Assembly (NCBI GenBank): GCA_038209745.1
Contig: JBBQXJ010000097.1
Span: 1-15,866 of the forward strand
Length of the DNA stretch: 15,866 nt
Origin: Verrucomicrobiota bacterium
GTDB taxonomy: Bacteria > Verrucomicrobiota > Verrucomicrobiia > Limisphaerales > CANJSG01
Direction: 5' to 3'
Shown: positions 7,767-15,866 of the stretch, in pieces
Layout of the letters: each line of letters begins with the position of its first letter
Numbering within the stretch: the first letter of the stretch is position 1
Notes under the pieces: generated by a model
What the model saw: the letters and a program-made list of their open reading frames with translations, nothing else
Told to the model about the DNA's origin: nothing
The model's database searches: none
Program-made: the position numbers and the translations under genes

Positions 7767-10700
7767 TTCAGCAGCGCCTTTTCGATGTCGGCCAGCAGGG
7801 AGGGGCGCGGCCTGTCGTGATAGATGCCTCCGCCGGGCGTGGTTTCGTGGAGGCCGCGGAGGAAAACATAGAACACGCCGCCCCAGTGTTTGGCGGGATC
7901 GAAGTCCGGCAGACGCACCCGCAGATGGCGCAGAAGCGCGACGGCGTAGAGGTGGTATTGGAGCACGTAGAAGTGCGAGCCCATGGCGGCGGCGAGGGCT
8001 TCCTGCCCATAGTCCGCAGGCGTGGGCCCGAGCCAGTTGCTCTTCCAGTCGAGGATGAACCAGCGGCCTTCGTGCTCCACGACGGCGTCGATGAAGCCCT
8101 GGACGAATCCACCGCCGGGCTCGAAGGCAAGATCCTGGATCCGCCGGTGCCAACCGGCGACGGGCACGGATTTCGCATGGTGTGCGAAGGCCTTCGCCAA
8201 GGGTTCCCGCGCGATGTCGCCGCCGGGGAGGAAGAACTCGAGTTCGGAGCGGCGGGAACCGGCTTTGACTTCCGCGAGGGAGAAGGTCCCGTCGGAATGG
8301 CGCAACGGGGCTTTGGCCAACCGCTGGAGCATCGTGCCCACCGGGGCCTGCCAGGGACCGCGATCCGGAAGGTGGCGTTCGAGGGTCTTGCGGATGGTTT
8401 CGTCCCAGGACTTGGGTTTGGCGGCGAAGTCGATCTTCTCGATCAGCTCGTGCAGGCAGGTGCCGGCACCGGTGCCTTTGGGGAAATCGAGGAAGGGGTC
8501 GGAGACCACAGGGCTGGCCACAACCGGGGCGTCGATTTCATCGGGGACAACCTCGGATTCCGGGACGGCTTCGTCGCGGTCGGGAAGTTCTTCGGCGGCA
8601 TTGAGGGTCAGCCGGGAATAGCTGTAGATGCGCCAGGGTTTGATGGAGCGCAGGTCGGGCAACGGCGGTCGCGTCAGGGCTCCGGGGCCGGCCGGCTTCG
8701 ATGAGCCGGCGGCGGAAAGGACGAGCTGGGACTGGTCGGGCTCCTCGTCGCGACGGCGGCGGCCTCGGCCCCGTCCACGACGGTCTCTTCGCTGAAAGGG
8801 TTCCGGCGGAGTCTCGGCGGCGGCCTGGATGTCGCGGATGCGGCCAAGGACTTCTCTGAGCTCGGGCCAGCCTTCGCGCAGCGCGATGCGGCCGCCGGAC
8901 GATGCGGCGAGTTGCCGAATGACCGCGAACCGCTGGCGCGGGCCGAGGCGTCCGGTTTCGGTGCGCAGCGAGGGCAGGGCCTTTTCGTCGCCGGCCAGTG
9001 TTCGGCCGAAGAGCAACCAGGCCAGGGCCGAAGTGTCCGACCCGCGGATGTCGCCCCAGAACACGGTGCAACGGTGTTTGGCGCGGGTGATGGCGACGTA
9101 GAGCAGGCGCAGCTGTTCGGCCAAGGCGGCGTGGTCGAGGGAGGCGCGCAGATCGGCTTGGTCGAGGCCATGAAGATCCAGCAGCGGGGATTGTCCGGGA
9201 CGTGAAACGACGGCGAGACCGGACCGGTTGCGGCGGCTGGATTCCACCGTGGTCCAGAGGAACGGGCAGAGGACGATGGAGTATTCGAGGCCCTTGCTCT
9301 TGTGGATGGTGACCAGCTTGACGGCGCTGTCGTCGCTCTCCAGACGCATCTCCTCGTTCTCGGCGGGAAGGCGGTCGGAGGCGCGTTGTTCGGCGAGCCA
9401 TTGGATGAGGCCGGAGCCGGATCGGCCCTCCTGTTCGGCGGCTTGGAGCAGCTCGCCGAGGTGCAGGAGATTCGTCACCCGGCGTTCGCCGTCGGGCAAC
9501 CGCATGAGTCGCTCGCGGACGCGCTCCTGTTGGAGCCATTGCCGGAACATGACGGCGAAACCGCGTTCGACCCAGGCGCGGCCCAAGGCGGCGAAGCGAT
9601 CGATGGTGGCGGAGGCGAACGCTTCGTCGGAATCGAGCCGCTGGAGTTCGGCGAGGGTGAAGCCTCCCTCGGAGCGGGTGAGCACCGCGCGGAGCCGTCG
9701 GGTGTCGTGCGGGGCTTCGAGCGCGAGGAGCAGCTGCTGGAGCGACTCGGCCTCGGCGGATTCGAAGACGCTGCGGGCCGCCTGGAGAACGCTGGGGACC
9801 AGCTCGGCCCGGAGGCGGTTCTGGAGATCGATGGCTTCGTGGTTCGTGCGGACGAGGACGGCGATGTCCTGCGGGCGCACGGGTTCGGTGCCGAGGCGGA
9901 CCTCGTTGCAGCGGAGGAGACGCAGGATCTCGGCGACGACGGCTTCGGCGGCGCGTTCACGGGCGGCGCCGGAGCCCAGCGGACGATCGTCTTCGCCCGG
10001 AAGGGCCCAGAGCTCCAGCGGGGCGCGGCCGGGTTGGTCGTCGATCAACGGAGTGCGATCGGCGTCACCGCCGGCGTGGACCGGTTGATAGGCGATGCCG
10101 GGGAGGCAGAAGGGACTGCCGTGGCCGAGGTAGAGATGGTTGACCGCCTCGACGAATCCGCTCTCGGAGCGCCAGTTGGTGGTCAGGGTGTGGGACTCGT
10201 CACCGGCGACGTTGCGGGCTTCGAGATAGGTCGTCACGTCGGCGCCCCGGAAGCCGTAGATCGCCTGCTTCGGATCGGCGATGAGGTAGAGCCGGTGGTC
10301 CGGCGAGCGCGCGAAGACCTCGTGGAAGATGGACCACTGGAGCGGTTCCGTGTCCTGGAATTCGTCGATCAACGCGGCGCGGTGGCGCTGGCGGAGATTG
10401 GCGGTGAGCGCCGGACCTCCGTGGCGTCGGAGAGCTTCGGCGACTTGGCGGAGCAGGTCGTCGAAGGACTGGGTCTTGTTGAGGCGGTTGTGCCGCTCCA
10501 GTTCGGCGCGGAGACCGGTGAGGAAATGGGAGCCCAACTGAAGGCCGAATTCCTCGCGCAGATCGAGCCATGCGGTCAACAGGCCGAAGAGCGGGACGGC
10601 GGGGAACTGGCCTTTCTTGCGCTGGCTCAGCTCGTCCTGGATGTGTTCGGCGTGGAGACGATCCAGCCAGACGAAGGCGTCGTGGCTCCAGGCTTGCTCG

Positions 10701-11818
10701 CGGAAGAGGAGGTCGAACGCGGTCGCGATGCTGTCGGGCGCGCTTTCGGCGGACAGCTCCAGCTTGAAATAGGGATTCGTCTTGCCGCCGCCGAAAAGGC
10801 CCAGAACGGCGGCGCGATCCGAAGCCCAACAGGCAGCGACCGCGTCGAAGGCCGTGTGGACGAGACGCGGCAGTTCTTCGAGCCGGGCAACGTCCACAGC
10901 CGGCACGATCTCGCAGTGGGCGTGCGGCAGGAAGGTGCGGGCCAGTCCGCCGAGCGCATCGGGAGCGATGAATTCGTGGAGGCCGGAAGCGACGAGCGTC
11001 GGGTCGGCTCCGGCGAGGTGTTGCCTCCAGAAATCGGCGGCGATGGTGGCGACCATCGATTGCTGGTCGGCGGAAAGCTCGGTGTCGAAGAGGCGTTCGG
11101 CTTCGAAGGCCCGGTCGGTGAGGACGCGCTGGCAGAAGCCATGGATGGTGAAGATCGCGGCTTCGTCGAAGAGCGTCAGGGCGTCGAGCAGGCGCTGGGT
11201 GGCGAGCGCGCGGAAAGCGGGATCCGCGACGATGTCGGCGTAGGGATCGCAGGCGGGGGCGCCTGTGCCACTGGCGGTGGGATCGGAGGGTGGTTCGGAG
11301 TCCGGAGCTGGGAGATCGCGGGTTCCGATTTCCGATGATTCGTCGTTCGTGATCTCGGGGGGCACGGCCCCCTCTTCCGGGTCCTCTCCTCCGTTCGGGG
11401 CGAGGGGATCCGTTTCCGGCACATGGGTCGAGAGGCCCTCTTCCAGCCTCGGTGCAATGGCCACGTCCCTTCCGGTCGGCCGGGTTTCCCGAGCGGAAGG
11501 CGACGGTGAAGAGGGGACTTCGGCGGGAAGTTCGATGCCGGCGCGGAAAAGCAGGCGCTTCTCCAACGGGTCGGTCGCGGTGCCTTTCTCCAGGGCGTCG
11601 AGCGCGGATCGGAGTCGTTTCCAGACGCGGTCCCGCAGTTCGGCGGTGGCCGCGTTCGTGTAGGTGACGATCAGGATCTGGTCGATGGGCAGGCCCTCTT
11701 CGGCGACGAGCCTGAGGACGAGGCCGGCCAACGTGTAGGTTTTGCCGGTGCCGGCGCTGGCTTCGATCACGCGGACCCCGTTGGGGAGTCCATCGCGCAG
11801 CAGGTCAAAGGGGGTCAT
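7763..11818 (-). CDS. recB: Exodeoxyribonuclease V beta subunit RecB (SF1A helicase plus PD-(D/E)XK nuclease)
   Basis: 1351 aa. IEASAGTGKTYT, VTYTNAATAELR, FTIHGFC, LIDEFQDT, DPKQAIYGFRGAD, NWRS, TIHKSKGLEY, LYVAITRA; nuclease motifs ELEF, GFIDAV, LDWKSN, YVLQYHLY. ATGA overlaps at both ends. Confidence 0.96.
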   Translation of the reverse strand: MTPFDLLRDGLPNGVRVIEASAGTGKTYTLAGLVLRLVAEEGLPIDQILIVTYTNAATAELRDRVWKRLRSALDALEKGTATDPLEKRLLFRAGIELPAEVPSSPSPSARETRPTGRDVAIAPRLEEGLSTHVPETDPLAPNGGEDPEEGAVPPEITNDESSEIGTRDLPAPDSEPPSDPTASGTGAPACDPYADIVADPAFRALATQRLLDALTLFDEAAIFTIHGFCQRVLTDRAFEAERLFDTELSADQQSMVATIAADFWRQHLAGADPTLVASGLHEFIAPDALGGLARTFLPHAHCEIVPAVDVARLEELPRLVHTAFDAVAACWASDRAAVLGLFGGGKTNPYFKLELSAESAPDSIATAFDLLFREQAWSHDAFVWLDRLHAEHIQDELSQRKKGQFPAVPLFGLLTAWLDLREEFGLQLGSHFLTGLRAELERHNRLNKTQSFDDLLRQVAEALRRHGGPALTANLRQRHRAALIDEFQDTEPLQWSIFHEVFARSPDHRLYLIADPKQAIYGFRGADVTTYLEARNVAGDESHTLTTNWRSESGFVEAVNHLYLGHGSPFCLPGIAYQPVHAGGDADRTPLIDDQPGRAPLELWALPGEDDRPLGSGAARERAAEAVVAEILRLLRCNEVRLGTEPVRPQDIAVLVRTNHEAIDLQNRLRAELVPSVLQAARSVFESAEAESLQQLLLALEAPHDTRRLRAVLTRSEGGFTLAELQRLDSDEAFASATIDRFAALGRAWVERGFAVMFRQWLQQERVRERLMRLPDGERRVTNLLHLGELLQAAEQEGRSGSGLIQWLAEQRASDRLPAENEEMRLESDDSAVKLVTIHKSKGLEYSIVLCPFLWTTVESSRRNRSGLAVVSRPGQSPLLDLHGLDQADLRASLDHAALAEQLRLLYVAITRAKHRCTVFWGDIRGSDTSALAWLLFGRTLAGDEKALPSLRTETGRLGPRQRFAVIRQLAASSGGRIALREGWPELREVLGRIRDIQAAAETPPEPFQRRDRRGRGRGRRRRDEEPDQSQLVLSAAGSSKPAGPGALTRPPLPDLRSIKPWRIYSYSRLTLNAAEELPDRDEAVPESEVVPDEIDAPVVASPVVSDPFLDFPKGTGAGTCLHELIEKIDFAAKPKSWDETIRKTLERHLPDRGPWQAPVGTMLQRLAKAPLRHSDGTFSLAEVKAGSRRSELEFFLPGGDIAREPLAKAFAHHAKSVPVAGWHRRIQDLAFEPGGGFVQGFIDAVVEHEGRWFILDWKSNWLGPTPADYGQEALAAAMGSHFYVLQYHLYAVALLRHLRVRLPDFDPAKHWGGVFYVFLRGLHETTPGGGIYHDRPRPSLLADIEKALLK

Positions 11819-14800
11819 CGGGCGGAATCCTTTCCATGCAGGGCCATGACGCGGAAGACAGCGGCGGTCAGTTCCAGAAAGCCGGGTTCTTCGGTCAGGT
11901 TGCGGTCGGTGAAAGCAAGTTGGCAGGCGGGGTCGAGAGATTCGCCGGGAGGGCCAAAGCCGGTGTCGTCGCCGAGCCAGCGTTGGCGGGCGGTCAGCAA
12001 CGCCCGGTCGGCGTCGTCGGGATATTTCTGGAGCGACGCCACATAGCCATGGGCCGTTTCAGGCATGAAGGGCAGGGCGCCCGTCTGCCCGACCCAGAAG
12101 AGATCGAGGAGTCCTTGGAGCACATCCGCCGGCTCGGCTACGGCGCCGAACTCCACGGTTTCGTCGAGGCCGATGAGGACGGTGCGGATCGGCTCGCCGG
12201 TCGCGGTCAACGCGAAGAGGTGTTCGAGCCAGGCGCGGATGCGGTCCTTGGCCTTGACCTTCGCGGGCCGGATGCGGGTGAGCGCCCGGCCCCGCAGGGT
12301 CACGTTGCCCGTCAGCGTGAAATCACCGAGAGCCAAGGTGCGCTCGATCCGGCGGATCGGGCCGCGGCCGATGTGGGCCGCAGCGTGGGTCCAGAAGCGG
12401 ACGGTTTCGTCGGCCAAACGACGGGCGTCGCTGAGACCCACCAAGCCGGCCGGCAAGCGGCCGGCGCGGCGCCATTGGGCGAGGAGTTCGTGGGCGATGG
12501 CGAGCGTGCCGGCATCGAGCCCCTCCATTCCGCAGGCGGGGACGGCTGCTGCAATGGAACCGGCCGGGGGCAGGGGATCGCTCGGGATAGATTCGTCCGC
12601 GGGAAGTTCAGGGGCTGGTGCCGCAGCTTCGAGTTCCCGGCCGGTGCTGCTTTCAGGGTCCGCGGTCTCAAACGACGGTGCGTCCTCGGTCGGTTCCTCT
12701 GGTTCAGCGGAAGGCGGAGGAACGACCGGTGCTTCCGCTGGGACGGGAGCGCTTTGGCGAATGCGCGGAGTCGCCCGGGCTCGGAGCGGCGCCGCCTCGC
12801 GTTCTCGGCTGCGAATCCTGAGCGGCGGCGGGGTGGCGGTGGCGACGAGGAGCTCCAGCAGGGCGGACTTGGCCCCGTATTCGTCGAGCGGTCCGGTGTC
12901 GAAGCGTTCGGCATCGGCCAGCACATCGGACCGGCCGGGGAGCTGGAGCTTGAGCCGGCGCTCGGCGAACCACCGGGGCGGATTGGTGAAGAACCGGACC
13001 AAGTCTTCCAGCGCGACGTCCCGGAGGTCCGCGTCGGCCTCGCCGAATTCGCCCTGGAGCGCGGGCTTGGGCCGGCTGCGGAGTTCGGTCGACTGGCGGG
13101 CGGCGTAGAAGTTCGAGCGCGAAAAGCTGAAGAGCGGGCCGCCGTTGAAATAGGCGGGGCTGAAGGCCTGGAGCTTGTGGGTCACGACGAGGTGGTCGCG
13201 CAGCGGGCTGCCGCCGGGGCCGGTGAATTCGTGGTCCAGCGCGTCGAGCAGTTCTCCGACGACGACGGACGGGGGCGCGGCTTTGCCGTGGTGCTGGGAC
13301 TGGCCGACGTGGCTGAGGTGCAGGCGACGGCGGGCGGAGACCACGGTTTCCAGGAAGAGCTGCCGGTCGTCGTCGCGCGGCGAGCTGTCGCCGATGCGCC
13401 GGTCGCGGGTCGTGAGGTCGAAGCCCAGCGGGACGTTGCGCCGGGGGAATGCGCCGTCGTTCATCCCGAGCAGGCAGACGACCTGGAACGGGATGCTCCG
13501 CATCGGCTTCAGGCCGCAGACGGTGATGGCCCCGGCGAGATAGCCGGAGCCGTGGCGGTCTTCCGACAGCGCGGGCCCGAGGTGTTCGAGGACGGTGGCG
13601 AGATCGAGCTCGGTCGCGCAGGTCGCGTTCGTCTCGGCTTGGCGGAGGGACTCGGCGGCGGCGCGGAGGGTCTCCTGTTCGCGCGGAGCGAGCGAATCGA
13701 AACCGAGCAGGGTGTCGGCGAAGTCACGGAGGCGGTCGGCCCAGCCGGATGGAGTCGCGGGTTGGGCGAATTTGGAGGCGGCTTGGCCGAGCCGCTCGAC
13801 GGCTTCGCAGAGGCGGCCCAGGACGAGAGCATCGCCGCCCTCGACGGCGCAGGGGCGCACCACATCGAGCACGGCCACATCGCCTCGGCCCGCCACGCAA
13901 TAGCCGGCGACGAGACGTTGGAGGCCGGCGGCCCAGGTGTTGAGCGGTTCGCCGTGGAATTCACCGATCGTCTCGGCGCCGAGACCGAGGCGGATCTCCG
14001 CGTCGGCCAGCCATTGGCGGACGAGTTCAAAATCGTCCGGCTCGAAGCCGAAGCGGCGCCGGACGGCGTCACACTCCAACAGCGCGATGACCTCCGGCGC
14101 GGCGAAGCGGCCCCGAACGAGTCCGAGCGCCTGCCAGAGGGCGGCGAGGGCGCCGGCGTCGCGCGGGGAACGGTCGGCGATGGTGAAGGGGATGGCTTCC
14201 TCGGGACGTTCCGGAGCCCCGAGCGCGGCCTCGATGGCCGAGGCGTAGGTTTCGAGGTCGGGCACCATGACCACGATGTCGCGCGGCTGGAGCGAAGGAT
14301 CCTCGGTGAACCACTTCAACAGATGGTCGCGGAGCACTTCGGCTTCGCGGACGGGGCTGTGGCAGGAATGCAGGCGGATGGAATCGTCGTGGGCCGAGAT
14401 CGCGCGCTTCGGTTCGTCGGCGGCCCGGGAACGGAGTTCCAGCAGGTCACGCTGGAGTGATCCGAGCAGGGATGGAGTGGGCGGCACGAGTTCGGTCGGA
14501 GCGGGCGGGAGGGCTTCTGGCGAACCTTCCTCGCTGGCGCTTTCCCTAGGCTCGGCCGGGAGTGCGCGCGGGGCGACGGGATCGGCGAAGTGGTCCGCTT
14601 CCTCGAAGGTGTCGTGTTCGTAGATCAGTTTCAGGAATTCGCGACCCGTGCGACCGAGCGACGCGATCAGCCGGTGGCCCGCGATCTCTTCGGCGGAGTC
14701 GTCCCCGAGGGAGACGCCGCGCCGACGCAGCCGGGCTTGCTGGCGATGGGAGAGAAGATCCCCCGAGTAGTGCAGCGTGGGCTGGAGCTGGAAGAGATGG

Positions 14801-15519
14801 ACGGGGACGAGGGCCGACAACGCGACCAACAGGTCGAGATGGAACGGGGGCAGGGCGGAGACGCCGAAGACGGTGAGCCGTTCGGGCAAAAGGTCCCGGT
14901 CGATGCGCCCGGCTTTCGCGGCTTTGAGGAAAGTCTCGCGCCAGAGCGCGGGATGGCCGTCGCCCCAGCCCTTGCAGACGGCGCGCCACAGGATCGGCTG
15001 CCATTGGTCTTCGTCGCCAAGACCCGCGACCGGCTTCTTGCCGGCCGATTTGCCCCCGCTCTTCCCGGTCTCCCAGGAACGGATCATCTCCGGCCGATAG
15101 GTCAGGTATTGGTCGAAGACGGCGGCGAGCTTCGCGGCGAGCTGGAAGCGTTTCCGGCCGTCGCCACCCGCGAGATACCGGGCGACGGACTCGAAGGCCG
15201 GTTGTTCCGCAAGGCCGGGCAGCAGGGAGAAGATCCGCCAGGTGAGCGTTTGCGGATCGAAAGACGGCTGCGGGTCGGTGTCCACTCCGGCGGCTCGGAA
15301 CAGCTCCAGCGCGAGGGCGCGGGGAAAGGGAAAGCGCAGCCCGGCGGCCACGCCGAGGCGGTCGGCGAGCTCCAGCTTGAGCCAACGGGCCATCCCGAGG
15401 CTTTGCACGAGCACGATCTCGTCCCGGAGCGGCGAAGACAGGGGCGCGCGAATGACATCGGCCAGAGCATCCGCGAGGAGTTCGAGCCGGTTGCCGGAAT
15501 GGAGGTGAAGACCTAGCAT
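11815..15519 (-). CDS. recC: Exodeoxyribonuclease V gamma subunit RecC
   Basis: Start at ATG 15519 (MLGLHLHSGNRLELLA, matching the RecC N-terminal HSNRL motif); 1234 aa. VQSLGMARWL, FDQYLTYRP, FGVSALPP, HSCHSPVREAEVLRD, PRDIVVMVPD, LKPMRSIPFQVVCLLGMNDGAFPR, DDRQLFLE. Confidence 0.95.
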   Translation of the reverse strand: MLGLHLHSGNRLELLADALADVIRAPLSSPLRDEIVLVQSLGMARWLKLELADRLGVAAGLRFPFPRALALELFRAAGVDTDPQPSFDPQTLTWRIFSLLPGLAEQPAFESVARYLAGGDGRKRFQLAAKLAAVFDQYLTYRPEMIRSWETGKSGGKSAGKKPVAGLGDEDQWQPILWRAVCKGWGDGHPALWRETFLKAAKAGRIDRDLLPERLTVFGVSALPPFHLDLLVALSALVPVHLFQLQPTLHYSGDLLSHRQQARLRRRGVSLGDDSAEEIAGHRLIASLGRTGREFLKLIYEHDTFEEADHFADPVAPRALPAEPRESASEEGSPEALPPAPTELVPPTPSLLGSLQRDLLELRSRAADEPKRAISAHDDSIRLHSCHSPVREAEVLRDHLLKWFTEDPSLQPRDIVVMVPDLETYASAIEAALGAPERPEEAIPFTIADRSPRDAGALAALWQALGLVRGRFAAPEVIALLECDAVRRRFGFEPDDFELVRQWLADAEIRLGLGAETIGEFHGEPLNTWAAGLQRLVAGYCVAGRGDVAVLDVVRPCAVEGGDALVLGRLCEAVERLGQAASKFAQPATPSGWADRLRDFADTLLGFDSLAPREQETLRAAAESLRQAETNATCATELDLATVLEHLGPALSEDRHGSGYLAGAITVCGLKPMRSIPFQVVCLLGMNDGAFPRRNVPLGFDLTTRDRRIGDSSPRDDDRQLFLETVVSARRRLHLSHVGQSQHHGKAAPPSVVVGELLDALDHEFTGPGGSPLRDHLVVTHKLQAFSPAYFNGGPLFSFSRSNFYAARQSTELRSRPKPALQGEFGEADADLRDVALEDLVRFFTNPPRWFAERRLKLQLPGRSDVLADAERFDTGPLDEYGAKSALLELLVATATPPPLRIRSREREAAPLRARATPRIRQSAPVPAEAPVVPPPSAEPEEPTEDAPSFETADPESSTGRELEAAAPAPELPADESIPSDPLPPAGSIAAAVPACGMEGLDAGTLAIAHELLAQWRRAGRLPAGLVGLSDARRLADETVRFWTHAAAHIGRGPIRRIERTLALGDFTLTGNVTLRGRALTRIRPAKVKAKDRIRAWLEHLFALTATGEPIRTVLIGLDETVEFGAVAEPADVLQGLLDLFWVGQTGALPFMPETAHGYVASLQKYPDDADRALLTARQRWLGDDTGFGPPGESLDPACQLAFTDRNLTEEPGFLELTAAVFRVMALHGKDSAR

Positions 15520-15608
15520 CGGGGAGACTGGACCAAAGAAAGGGGCCGGGTGGCAATGAGCGATGCGGGAAAGGAAGGGCGGCTTCGGTTTCCCAACGCC
15601 CGCCGCCC

Positions 15609-15645
15609 AAAGCAAAAACCTTCTCCCCAGCAGATGGGGAGAAGG
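15609..15645 (-). terminator. Intrinsic terminator after the FN3 gene, formed by a REP-like palindrome
   Basis: 11-bp perfect stem CCTTCTCCCCA (15619-15629) / TGGGGAGAAGG (15635-15645) with a 5-nt loop, followed on the - strand by TTTTTGCTTT (15618-15609); 28 nt past the TAA at 15674. Confidence 0.7.
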
Positions 15646-15673
15646 CGCCCGCAGGCGGGACGAGGAGCGTCCT

Positions 15674-15866
15674 TTACGGCGCGAAGAGCGGCACGGGATC
15701 GCTGTAGGCGCTCTGGCCGGCGGCACCGATGGCGGCCACGCGGAACCAATACTTGGTCCCGCTCACCATCGAGTTCAGCGTCGCCTGCTTCTTCGTGCTG
15801 TTGCCGATCACGGTCCAGTCCAGCTCCGGCGCGTCGTTCGCCCGCTCGATCGAATAGGCCTTGGCC
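15674..15866 (-). CDS. Fibronectin type III domain protein, 3' end only (runs off the window; absent from the ORF track)
   Basis: Manual translation from 15865: AKAYSIERANDAPELDWTVIGNSTKKQATLNSMVSGTKYWFRVAAIGAAGQSAYSDPVPLFAP*. GTKYWFRVAA...GQSAYSDP is the typical FN3 F/G-strand pattern; codons are GC3-rich. Confidence 0.8.
   Translation of the reverse strand, partial: AKAYSIERANDAPELDWTVIGNSTKKQATLNSMVSGTKYWFRVAAIGAAGQSAYSDPVPLFAP

Noticed and set aside
11234..12843. Inteins as the explanation for the RecB/RecC inserts
   Set aside because: No N-terminal C/S splice block, no C-terminal HN-C/S/T and no LAGLIDADG motif; composition is low-complexity.
4699..15516. Long + strand ORFs (476, 616, 678, 874 and 308 aa) opposite the helicase and recBCD
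   Set aside because: Antisense shadow ORFs expected from GC-rich codon usage; no recognisable motifs, and they almost wholly overlap well-supported genes.

Overview
GC-rich bacterial window (roughly two-thirds GC by eye; gene style fits PVC/Verrucomicrobiota, inferred only) with two convergent blocks. The + strand carries a translationally coupled type II secretion/pseudopilus gene run: gspF and four prepilin-like genes (GspH/I/J/K-like), with no adjacent gspE, gspG, gspD or gspL/M. The - strand carries the 3' end of a fibronectin type III domain gene, a coupled recC-recB-recD operon and a DEAD-box RNA helicase. Between the blocks lies a ~250 bp non-coding element bounded by a perfect 20-bp inverted repeat. 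The most unusual points are ~100-aa Pro/acidic insertions in both RecB and RecC that loosely resemble each other, RecC substitutions at positions needed for E. coli Chi recognition, the inverted-repeat element, and possibly leaderless promoters. I see no clear new multi-gene system.
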